Positions 7,240-14,974 of a stretch of 64,000 nt of DNA are shown one piece after another. The stretch covers positions 62,881-126,880 of the IMG/VR virus record IMGVR_UViG_3300020401_000014. One strand, 5' to 3'. Each line of letters opens with the position of its first letter. The first letter of the stretch is position 1. This stretch comes from a virus. The position numbers and the translations under genes were made by a program. A model generated the notes under the pieces. That model saw only the letters and a program-made list of their open reading frames with translations, did not search any database and had not been told where the DNA came from.

Positions 7240-7449
7240 TTATACATAGTCGGCATGGGCGTATAACTTTCCTTCTGTATAGTTAGCTTTTCTTGTTATG
7301 TCAACAAAGTTTCTCGCCTTGACATTTGCTTCTACGCAAGCTTTGCCCAATACTTTCTCATCACTCTCTAATACTCTTCTTGCACAGACTTCTGCGATGA
7401 TAGGAACTTTGTCGTTGGATAATGTTAAGATAAATTTTGTTTTGTTCAT
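7240..7449 (-). CDS. Hypothetical protein
   Basis: 69-aa ORF, last of the minus-strand block. Confidence 0.6.
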   Translation of the reverse strand: MNKTKFILTLSNDKVPIIAEVCARRVLESDEKVLGKACVEANVKARNFVDITRKANYTEGKLYAHADYV

Positions 7450-7472
7450 GGCTTAATTATATCAGATTGAGA

Positions 7473-8207
7473 TTAAGAGTCAATACCTTCTTGCACAAAA
7501 CCTGTCGCATCCTTCTTTGCCATACCTTTTTCGATAAGCCCGACAACAACGCCACGCTTGTCAAGGAAACGCAAATCCGTGTCATCACCATTGACAACTT
7601 CGTAGCCTTTCCAAGTTTTGGGCAACTGATTGCGAAATACCACGGCAACATTACCGCCCATCGCAAGAACCATTTCACACTTGGCATCATTGTTTTCGCT
7701 ACGAGAGAAGGTCAAGTGATAATTGGAAGGAAACTTTTCGCCTTTGATAAAAGGCTTGCCAAGAAAGTTGCTCATTCTTTTGAACGACTTTGTATAATCA
7801 TAGAATTGAGTTTTGCCAAACTTCTCAAAGATAGTAACACCATCCTCATTAATCTCATTCTCCCAACTGATGTCGCTCGTAAGGTTTAAACGAAATACCG
7901 CTTGCATTTCCTTTTTGAGAGAGCTTTTGATGGTCGAAGTAATCTCTTTGGACAACTTAGTAAAGAAGTCCATTTTTTGCTCAAAGAATAGCTTTGTCTT
8001 GGCAATGCGTGATTGCTGAACGCTATTCATTTGCCCACGACCAGCCGTGTTGAGACATGACATTGTGCAACCTTTAGAACGCCAACGGCAAACTTCATAG
8101 CCTGCAAGATTGGCGGGGGCAAGATGAATGCCTTTCGTGATGTAACCCATTTTCTCGCCCTTGAGAATTTTTTGGTTACCTGATGTGAGAAGAGTTGTTT
8201 TAATCAT
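7473..8207 (-). CDS. Phage GP88-like protein (Cys-cluster, radical-SAM-like)
   Basis: LAPA...VCRWRSKGCTMSCLNTAGRG, RLNLTSD, FYDYTK, YHLTFSRSE, DGDDTDLRFLD; leaderless promoter TTGACA-17-TAGTAT. Confidence 0.75.
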   Translation of the reverse strand: MIKTTLLTSGNQKILKGEKMGYITKGIHLAPANLAGYEVCRWRSKGCTMSCLNTAGRGQMNSVQQSRIAKTKLFFEQKMDFFTKLSKEITSTIKSSLKKEMQAVFRLNLTSDISWENEINEDGVTIFEKFGKTQFYDYTKSFKRMSNFLGKPFIKGEKFPSNYHLTFSRSENNDAKCEMVLAMGGNVAVVFRNQLPKTWKGYEVVNGDDTDLRFLDKRGVVVGLIEKGMAKKDATGFVQEGIDS

Positions 8208-8230
8208 GATACTATACTAATGGAAATAAA

Positions 8231-8647
8231 TTAATCTGTCAAGCCCCGAATAGCCTCAACCAAAACTTTGTCTTGATAAAGTTTGCAAATACTAGCAAAC
8301 CATCTTGGCTTCTTGTTTTTGACATCAACAAAAGACTCGTACTTGTAAGGATTGTATGTTATCTCAACGAAGTCAACCCATCCATGCCATACGGTGTCTT
8401 CATAAAATCTAAGGTAACCTGAAATACCGGCATGAACATTCTTGCTCTTTTCACGAAGCACACGCTCACGACCTTTTTGGTTTACTTTCATTGTTGCTGA
8501 ATATATAGCAATTGGAGATCCATCCGAATGAGCTTTAACTAGTCCATCCTGGCGAATGCTCCAACAATCTTTGTGAAGGTTTTTATATACAAACACCTTG
8601 CGATCATAGTCGATGTTATAGCGAGAGTCGTTTTTTGTTCTAATCAT
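8231..8647 (-). CDS. Conserved-looking phage hypothetical protein
   Basis: VYKNLHKDCWSIRQ...RERVLREKSKNVHAG...ITYNPYKY is a recurrent phage motif. Confidence 0.7.
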   Translation of the reverse strand: MIRTKNDSRYNIDYDRKVFVYKNLHKDCWSIRQDGLVKAHSDGSPIAIYSATMKVNQKGRERVLREKSKNVHAGISGYLRFYEDTVWHGWVDFVEITYNPYKYESFVDVKNKKPRWFASICKLYQDKVLVEAIRGLTD

Positions 8648-8699
8648 ACATATATAATAACATATAGAGCCCGTATGTCAAGCCTTTTTTATCTTTTCG

Positions 8700-8776
8700 C
8701 AAGTGTATGATTGTCAAGGTTTTGCGTAAAAACTTTGGGCCGGCAGTTACCTAAAATGTTGCAAACCAACAACTTA
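8700..8776 (-). repeat. 77-bp 25-27-25 element, copy 7 (inverted)
   Basis: CAAGTGTATG-ATTGT-CAAGGTTTTG, 27 bp containing GGGCCGGC (reverse complement of the GCCGGCCC core), TAAAATGTTG-CAAAC-CAACAACTTA. Confidence 0.8.
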
Positions 8777-8798
8777 TAACTTAAGAAATTTAACTAAT

Positions 8799-8828
8799 AA
8801 AAAAACCCTTGGTTTCCCAAGGGTTTTT
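8799..8828. terminator. Intrinsic terminator
   Basis: AAAAACCCTTGG-TTTC-CCAAGGGTTTTT perfect hairpin with A/T tails, downstream of the minus-strand ORF 8853..9080. Confidence 0.8.
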
Positions 8829-8852
8829 GAGGTTAGGCTAAGCCTATCCGAG

Positions 8853-9080
8853 TTAAGCGCCCGCACGCTTGAAAAAGCGTGAGGCAACTTTTGCACGGAT
8901 AACCTTTGCACGATTAACACGACGCTCGCCTCCATTGGTATCCTTAAAGCGGATAACCTTGGAGTTGTAGTCATGAACTTTAGCTGAGTAAAGCTCACGC
9001 TTGAGACCATTCTTGAGGAGAACGGATACAAACCGACCTTTGCGTGCGTCTAGGACTTCGTTGATGTTACGACATTTCAT
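8853..9080 (-). CDS. Basic hypothetical protein
   Basis: 75 aa, followed by a terminator. Confidence 0.65.
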   Translation of the reverse strand: MKCRNINEVLDARKGRFVSVLLKNGLKRELYSAKVHDYNSKVIRFKDTNGGERRVNRAKVIRAKVASRFFKRAGA

Positions 9081-9111
9081 GATATGTAGTTCCTTTGGTT
9101 GATGGTTAAAG

Positions 9112-9909
9112 TTAAGCTACAAGCTCGACCTGCTCGACTCCTGCGATAGGATCGAAAGCATTGTGAAAGATTTCAGAGCGTTTGGGCAAGTGCATGACAT
9201 TGCGTCCTTTGCTCACTTCCGTGAAAGCATTGTACAATGAATTGAGATTGCGGTCTTGGAAAACCTTGTGATCGGAATCTTTCCATTGCTCCCATGCTTG
9301 AGCAAGAGTAGACTGACCAATAAGATTAGTCTTGATACCCGCCTCGTAGACATCGAAAATAAGATGTTGAGCTTCACGATCGTTGAGTGCAACCTCCTTG
9401 TAAGAGTCAACTCTCTTGTTTTGATGCGTCCACATTGGAATAAGATGCTCGGTGATCTTTTCTACACGCTGAAGAAGTTCTTTGCGGACTTCGCCAACAT
9501 GCTTGCGAGTGAATACAACATCGTTGTGGAATACGAGGTTGTCACAAATGAATGGTGCATCACCCGCACACAATCCCGCTGCGAAAAGTTTGTCATGCGA
9601 ATTACGCATTCCAACTACGCAACCACGCTCCTTGCCGTTGTCGGCAATCTCTGCGTGATGAACTTGAAACATTCCAAAGTAGTGTTCACCCGCTTTGGTC
9701 AAGTTGTGGCATTCGTTTACGATCTCGAAACCTTTTTCTTCAAGAGTGTTGCGAGTAACATCGACAACGCTTGCATGAGGCACAGGCTTCCAACGATTAG
9801 TTTCCTTTGGAGTAGGAACTCTGCGGACAGAATCCATGTCCACGACATTTGATTTTGAGCCACAAATCCGAAGATTGAGGCGTGGAATTTCATAGGTTGT
9901 TTCTAACAT
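9112..9909 (-). CDS. DUF932-family protein
   Basis: TNRWKPVPH, VGMRNSHDK, GLCAG...FICDNL, RKHVG motifs. Confidence 0.75.
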   Translation of the reverse strand: MLETTYEIPRLNLRICGSKSNVVDMDSVRRVPTPKETNRWKPVPHASVVDVTRNTLEEKGFEIVNECHNLTKAGEHYFGMFQVHHAEIADNGKERGCVVGMRNSHDKLFAAGLCAGDAPFICDNLVFHNDVVFTRKHVGEVRKELLQRVEKITEHLIPMWTHQNKRVDSYKEVALNDREAQHLIFDVYEAGIKTNLIGQSTLAQAWEQWKDSDHKVFQDRNLNSLYNAFTEVSKGRNVMHLPKRSEIFHNAFDPIAGVEQVELVA

Positions 9910-9979
9910 AATTTTTTAAGTTTAGGATTTTTGATTGTTATGATATAAGTATAAGTTAATATATAGCAAAAGTCAAGCA

Positions 9980-10249
9980 TTAATTTTGCGAATTCTTGTT
10001 TTGTGTGATGCCATACTGAAGGTCTTCCCAAGCTTGGGCTTTCTTGGCAATAATGTTAAGAGCAAACTTGATATGCATAAGAGTCTCTTGTTGTTCTTCG
10101 TCAAGCTCTCCGCTTGCAAGTGCGGGAACAATAAACCAATCACCCAATACATCGGTGACTGCATCCATTGCCTTTGTTGCACTGATATCTGATGCTGAAA
10201 AGATATCTTCGTTTTCGTCGTTGTTAGTGAAGTCTTTCTCAATCCTCAT
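9980..10249 (-). CDS. Acidic hypothetical protein
   Basis: Start re-called to MRIEKDF at 10249, from promoter TTGCAA-16-CATAAT. Confidence 0.6.
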   Translation of the reverse strand: MRIEKDFTNNDENEDIFSASDISATKAMDAVTDVLGDWFIVPALASGELDEEQQETLMHIKFALNIIAKKAQAWEDLQYGITQNKNSQN

Positions 10250-10321
10250 ACATATAATTATGACAGGTTCTGAGCTAATTGCAAGCATAAAATGACTAGT
10301 AAATGCATTTTTTTCAGTACT

Positions 10322-10398
10322 TAAGTGCTTGATAACCAAGGTTTTGCGCCAAAACCGGAAGGCCCAAATCCCCCAAAAGCTTGGGGGATAAGGACTTA
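10322..10398 (-). repeat. 77-bp 25-27-25 element, copy 8 (inverted)
   Basis: TAAGTGCTTG-ATAAC-CAAGGTTTTG, 27 bp, CAAAAGCTTG-GGGGA-TAAGGACTTA. Confidence 0.8.
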
Positions 10399-10569
10399 GG
10401 GAAGGGTTTTTAGAAAACCCTTTTTTCTAATTTGTAGAGCTTTTCTAACATGGAATCATGCAATTTTCTTTTCTCTACAAAATCTTCGCAATAAGCACCC
10501 GAAGACTCAGCAAGCATTAGCTCAAAGCCAAGCTCCCGAATGCTTTTTTTCAACGCTTCGATGTTCATG

Positions 10570-10800
10570 TTATACCTTTGCGAGAGCTTTCACACGATCA
10601 TACCTAAAAGAGCGAATGCCCTTTCTGTTGTGGCAGAACGCACGAAACCCGACAACATTACGACCTTCGTGATTGTTCCCAAACTCGTAGTCATGCTGAG
10701 GTTTGTTGATGGTATAACTTTCCGTTCTTCCATCTTCAGTAGTATATACCACTTGATACTTAGGAGAGAACAGGTTCTTGATTTTGCTTAGTAGCTTCAT
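10570..10800 (-). CDS. Small WYL-like/Sm-fold protein
   Basis: FRAFCHNRKGIRSFRYDRV resembles the WYL R-x-F-R-x-D-R motif. Confidence 0.5.
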   Translation of the reverse strand: MKLLSKIKNLFSPKYQVVYTTEDGRTESYTINKPQHDYEFGNNHEGRNVVGFRAFCHNRKGIRSFRYDRVKALAKV

Positions 10801-11032
10801 AAGCGATCCTTTCGTTTTGGATTTGTTCTAGTTGATTGAGAACTGCTTGACATTGATCATGCGTCTCGTAATGTAAAGTAATTAGATCGGGGTATTCGTT
10901 TTCACCCCTTCTGTACCAATCGGGCAAACGCTCCTCGAAGTACATTTCCCAAAGCCCTGACTCTTCATTAAAAGTGGGTTTGTCGAGAGGTGGTAACTCG
11001 CAGTTTTCTTGAATGTATTCTAAATTTAACAT
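10760..11032 (-). CDS. Hypothetical protein
   Basis: TTGACT-17-GAGAAT, 6 nt before the ATG. Confidence 0.65.
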   Translation of the reverse strand: MLNLEYIQENCELPPLDKPTFNEESGLWEMYFEERLPDWYRRGENEYPDLITLHYETHDQCQAVLNQLEQIQNERIAYEATKQNQEPVLS

Positions 11033-11233
11033 GATATAATTCTCTCAAAAATAGACTAAGAAGTCAAGCCTTTTTTTGCTTCTTGAGCTTTTTTTACCTT
11101 TTGCGTGACCATCACATTTGGATTGTTGATGTGTGGGACAAGTGGCTTTGCTCCTGTGTGAGACTGTTGCTTTGCCTTTTTATATAAATCCAAGTGTTGT
11201 TCTTGACTTGGCACTCCTCTTTCTCTGTTTCTT

Positions 11234-11437
11234 TTACCCATTTTTGGCTTCCTCTATGATTTGTTCTAGTTGTGCAAGCACGGACTTTTTGTTGCCTTTA
11301 AGTCCAAACTCGCTTTTGACGATTGAATATGCTGATTGACCTCTTCGCTTCATTCCAAGACACTCTAGCTTGAGTGCGGATCTGAGGCTAAGAATTCTAT
11401 ATAGTTCTATATGTTCGGATGTGTCTAATGCTATCAT
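11234..11437 (-). CDS. Conserved-looking hypothetical protein
   Basis: LRSALKLECLGMKRRGQSAYSIVKSEFGLKG is a recurrent phage motif. Confidence 0.6.
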   Translation of the reverse strand: MIALDTSEHIELYRILSLRSALKLECLGMKRRGQSAYSIVKSEFGLKGNKKSVLAQLEQIIEEAKNG

Positions 11438-11443
11438 AATGTT

Positions 11444-11668
11444 TTAGATGTTTGCTGATTGAAAAGATGCTTCTATTCTACGCTCATCTCGCAAACTTGT
11501 CAAGTCTGAAATGATGTCATCTAAGACTTCATCGAATGACTGAAAAGTACTGCCGAGCGGAAACTTGTCGGGGTGGCGTTCGTGTTGGTCAAGGCAAACC
11601 TTGGACATTGGATCTGCCCAAGCAAGATTTCCCTTAACGATTTGGATTACTAATTCTGCTTCTGTCAT
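11444..11668 (-). CDS. Hypothetical protein
   Basis: TTGACA-17-TAGTAT, 6 nt before the ATG. Confidence 0.65.
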   Translation of the reverse strand: MTEAELVIQIVKGNLAWADPMSKVCLDQHERHPDKFPLGSTFQSFDEVLDDIISDLTSLRDERRIEASFQSANI

Positions 11669-11979
11669 GGTATAATACTAAGCTAGTTTGAAATATATGT
11701 CAACCACTAAATCCAAGAAAATGAACGATTGCGATATATATAAAGATGATTAATGCTGCTAGTGCGAATGTTTGTTGGTATGTCATGGTAAATTGGTAGG
11801 ATTTTTTTGACAAATCAGGAATCCCATAAACCTGTTAATTAGCTAGTTTGGATTTTCTACTTACTAATTTCAGCTACTCATCCGCTATACTAAAGTGTGA
11901 ACCTCTTTCTCTCTCCCGAAGGTTGTAGGCGTGTGCTGACGCCTCGTTGTTCAATGCTTTCGCATCTACAGAAAGAGCA

Positions 11980-12111
11980 GTCCCCTGCAGGATTCGAACC
12001 TGCGTTTCCTACATCCTCATCGGATTACTCCTTACCAATGATCAGTTGGCTACAGACTAACTAGTATCCTGTTGTGGAGTGGCGTCCTAGGCCGTACTAG
12101 ACGAAGGGGAC
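11980..12111 (-). ncRNA. tRNA-like RNA (132 nt) with an expanded, non-canonical anticodon arm
   Basis: Acceptor GTCCCCT/AGGGGAC, D arm GTCT...GGAC, T arm GCAGG-TTCGAAT-CCTGC; 75 nt lie between the D arm and the variable loop instead of 17. Own promoter TTGACA(12175)-16-CATAAT. Confidence 0.7.
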
Positions 12112-12252
12112 ACAAATTGAAATTGATTATCAAAAGAACTATATATCATTATGACAGAAAAACGCTCCGTGTCAACACTTTTTTTTCGTTACCTAAATCG
12201 TTGGCGCAGAAGAAAATAGGAAAAATATATAAAACCTTTAAAAAAACTTTCG

Positions 12253-12329
12253 TAAGTCGTTGGCGCAGAAGAAAATACAACAAATCTCAGTGGGCGATTT
12301 TCCATAAGTTGTTGATAATCAACTACCTT
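12253..12329 (-). repeat. 77-bp 25-27-25 element, copy 9 (inverted, partly degenerate), with an extra half copy at 12194-12218
   Basis: TAAGTCGTTG-GCGCA-GAAGAAAATA, 27 bp containing GGCGATTT (reverse complement of AAATCGCC in copies 3 and 4), TAAGTTGTTG-ATAAT-CAACTACCTT. Confidence 0.7.
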
Positions 12330-12503
12330 GGTCGCCGCCTCAAGTTAAAATAAATTCATAAGTATAATATTTGTCACTTTATTATTTACAATTATATAAT
12401 TCACAATATTTATATTTGTCTTATTTACCATTCCTGTATTGCTAATTTAATTCCTGCTATTGCTCCTATTGCTAGTATTAATAATATCTCCATATAATAT
12501 ATG

Positions 12504-13115
12504 TTATGTTGTTTTGGAATACTGTTTCCATATCTCTAGGTCAAGATCGGTAACTGACTTACCAAGTATGCGAGCAATGTTTTTAAAGATGTTTGCAAAA
12601 TAGAAGTATGTATTCTCGTTTTGTGGCGTGCTTTTGGGTGCATCCTTGTAACCCTGATCCCTAAGGAAACTAAGTATATGAGTATCGAGCATCGGCTCGT
12701 CGAAATCCTCACGAGAGTGAGAAAGAAAAAATCTTGCGGTTTTTAGCCCAATACCACGAACCTGAAGAAGGCGTGCCAAGGATACTGTGCGCAGGTCTCC
12801 AAGCTTGAGAACATCGCAATAACTGTTGTAGCGTTGCTTGTATGGACTGATTGCTGCCCAATGCATGATCTCCATCAGGCGATTGTCGCCATCAAGACGA
12901 TTGCCATGCCAAGTGCGTCGCATATGTTTAAGCTTGTTCATGCCATCAAACGGAGCGTTGTGCCCTGTAATGTTTTGAACTCGCTCTAGAAATACTTCTA
13001 GCTTCGGAGCTTCTACTGCAGACTTCTTGCCCGCGACATTAATACAAAACAATAAAAACTCTTGTAGTTCTGATTGTGTGCGATTATAATTTGTTACTTC
13101 TGCTGGATTTATCAT
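12504..13115 (-). CDS. HhH-GPD DNA glycosylase/AP lyase (8-oxoG glycosylase-like)
   Basis: LLQVRGIGLKTARFFL helix-hairpin-helix followed by LDTHIL; C-terminal LDLEIW. Confidence 0.7.
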   Translation of the reverse strand: MINPAEVTNYNRTQSELQEFLLFCINVAGKKSAVEAPKLEVFLERVQNITGHNAPFDGMNKLKHMRRTWHGNRLDGDNRLMEIMHWAAISPYKQRYNSYCDVLKLGDLRTVSLARLLQVRGIGLKTARFFLSHSREDFDEPMLDTHILSFLRDQGYKDAPKSTPQNENTYFYFANIFKNIARILGKSVTDLDLEIWKQYSKTT

Positions 13116-13273
13116 AATGCTTTATCTACGATCTTTGCGAGTCGAAGGAGTTCTGTTCTAGCTTCTCTTTTTGCTGTAAAAGCTGCGTTTTCATTTTCAA
13201 GGACTGCGATGTATATCTTAACGCAAGCCTCCCAAGTTGGTGTGATATCTATTGTTTCTGTCATGATATAATA

Positions 13274-13531
13274 CTAGTTGAATTTGTAGTCTGTGTCAAC
13301 ATAAATGTGTTGCCCGCCATATAAACAATCTGCAATATATACATCTAAATATTTTAATTGTTGCTTTGCTTTAAGTGGATATCCTCTTTTCAATAATAAT
13401 CTAATCAATTCAACTCTATGTTGTATGTCTTGTTTTTGATTATATTCTAATCTATGACTATTATCTACTACTAAATCAGCAATATCTAATAAGCCATACT
13501 CTACTGCATCGTGTTCTGCTTTATACTTCAT
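13274..13531 (-). CDS. Hypothetical protein
   Basis: 85-aa ORF in the gene-dense minus block. Confidence 0.55.
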   Translation of the reverse strand: MKYKAEHDAVEYGLLDIADLVVDNSHRLEYNQKQDIQHRVELIRLLLKRGYPLKAKQQLKYLDVYIADCLYGGQHIYVDTDYKFN

Positions 13532-13838
13532 AATATATAATAATTAGTTGGCGACATTAAATACTTCGCGAAGTTTTTCCATATCTTTCGACCACAAGAA
13601 AACAGACCTCACATAGTCCGTATCTTCTGCCTCGACCTTTTCCATGCGTTCAATCGCTTCCCATGCAGGAAGACGCTCACGCTCCATTCTACCCCATTGT
13701 ATGACTACTTTCGTGTGCGGAAAGTATTCTACGAGTTCTTTAAGTTGACAATCGGTTATATAACCCATGTTTACGAAGATTTGCATTAGTGTGTTCATGC
13801 TATCTATACTAGAGGCATAATCGATCCTTGTCAACAAT

Positions 13839-13874
13839 AAAAAAACCCTCTCCGATTTCTCAGAGAGGGTTTTT
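13839..13874. terminator. Intrinsic terminator
   Basis: AAAAACCCTCTC-loop-GAGAGGGTTTTT. Confidence 0.75.
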
Positions 13875-13967
13875 AAGACCAAAGGCTTTTATTGAGTTAC
13901 CTTTGAAGCGATGATAGTAACTAGAGGCAACACACAACCTCCGCATATTTGCTCAGAAAAAATAGAT

Positions 13968-14150
13968 GTGGGGGAGGACTACTGAATACCTCCAACTTTT
14001 CGGCGTGAACATCAGTTCAGGATTACCTACTTCGAACCACAGATTAGACTTGGCATTCGTCATCGACTCATCCGATTGGACTCTATCGCCCCGCCACAGG
14101 GAATCTGCGTACTTTAGCCCGCTCACGACAGGTTTAGTTCAGTCACCCAC
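13968..14150 (-). ncRNA. Structured rod-like ncRNA candidate (183 nt), 6S-like in size and shape
   Basis: Nested long-range pairings on the minus strand: GTGGG/CCCAC, ACTGAA/TTCAGT, ACCT/AGGT, CGTGAGC/GTTCACG, GCAGATT/AATCTGT. GC-rich island in an intergenic gap, between a perfect promoter and a terminator. Confidence 0.55.
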
Positions 14151-14246
14151 AGGAAGGATTATAAGCCCTTCCAAAGTGTTTAAAATGTTAAAGATCAATT
14201 TATTTTATTTATTTGAGTTTGGTTCTCAATTTTGATTATGTAATAA

Positions 14247-14275
14247 TTATACTATATATTTAGTTATTTGTCAAT
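14247..14275 (-). promoter_or_regulatory. Perfect consensus sigma70 promoter
   Basis: TTGACA-17 nt-TATAAT on the minus strand, with no substantial ORF downstream. Confidence 0.8.
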
Positions 14276-14689
14276 GATTTTTTTTGAATTTCTGCTTTTT
14301 CTTTTAATTCATCATATATTAAGCATTGTATTCTCCATAAACCATGATCCTTCATATTAAGACCGAGTTCTTCGTTAAGCAAGTCTCTAATCTTTTTACA
14401 TATAGCAGTTGCTTCTTCTTTGAAAGCGTAATCACAAACTTGAAGCTTAGGAGAGTCAGTCAATTCAATCATGCCCGAACTCCTTTGCCAAGTGCTTGTG
14501 CGGATAGCATTTTGCGTTTTACATCTGCTTGTTCTGCCAACATAGTATGATAATATATACTATCTTCTGCAATAGAACCATATCCCGCAAATTTATTATT
14601 GTTTATATAATGTCCACTTTTAATTTTGTTCATTATATCTGATGATCGTGCGTTTTTAGCTATACTCATAATTATATTTATATTAGTTG

Positions 14690-14974
14690 TTATCGTCTTG
14701 CAATTATATCTGCAATTCTTTGTAGTTGTACTGTATTCTTATCTATTGATGATCTTATATCATCGAGATAACCATTGGTGCATTGAGATTGATCCTCGAT
14801 CTTGTCTCCAAGGAAACCAAGATGTTGTACAAGCTCAGATGAGTTGCCACTCAAGTGAATAGCAAGGTTACTTACCTCTTGTGCGAGATTAGGTTGCTTG
14901 CGTAGCGTTTCGTGTGTGCTAACCTGTGAAGGTTGCCGATTGAGATATTCAAGTTGTTCTTCTGCGTAATTCAT
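14690..14974 (-). CDS. Hypothetical coiled-coil protein
   Basis: Start re-called to MNYAEE at 14974 (TTGACA-17-CATACT upstream). Confidence 0.6.
   Translation of the reverse strand: MNYAEEQLEYLNRQPSQVSTHETLRKQPNLAQEVSNLAIHLSGNSSELVQHLGFLGDKIEDQSQCTNGYLDDIRSSIDKNTVQLQRIADIIARR

Noticed and set aside
9256-9852. Long plus-strand 198-aa ORF and similar antisense ORFs (e.g. 788..1141, 7437..7889, 35298..35696, 56000..56398)
   Set aside because: These are antisense shadows of well-supported minus-strand genes.
11850-11895. Possible hammerhead ribozyme (CGGATGAG...GAAA on the minus strand)
   Set aside because: The core deviates from CUGAUGA, and stems I and III with a cleavage triplet could not be drawn.
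11980-12111. tRNA-like RNA as a YrlA Y RNA or an ordinary tRNA-Tyr/Glu
   Set aside because: The free ends are at the acceptor stem, whereas YrlA is permuted. The internal CTGTA is not in a 5-bp/7-nt anticodon hairpin, so no anticodon can be assigned.
2725-12329. 77-bp repeats as a CRISPR array or integron attC array
   Set aside because: Spacing is irregular (hundreds to thousands of bp) with whole genes between copies. There are no cas or integrase genes in the window and no attC R/L box pattern.
2725-12329. Palindromes as Xer/dif sites
   Set aside because: The geometry is 10-5-10, not 11-6-11, and the arms do not resemble XerC/XerD boxes.
12072-12353. Plus-strand 93-aa ORF
   Set aside because: It is antisense to the tRNA-like RNA and its promoter, runs through the repeat elements and has no coding features.
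13966-14235. Plus-strand 89-aa ORF
   Set aside because: It is antisense to the promoter-driven structured RNA candidate, has a GTG start and sits in an otherwise minus-strand block.
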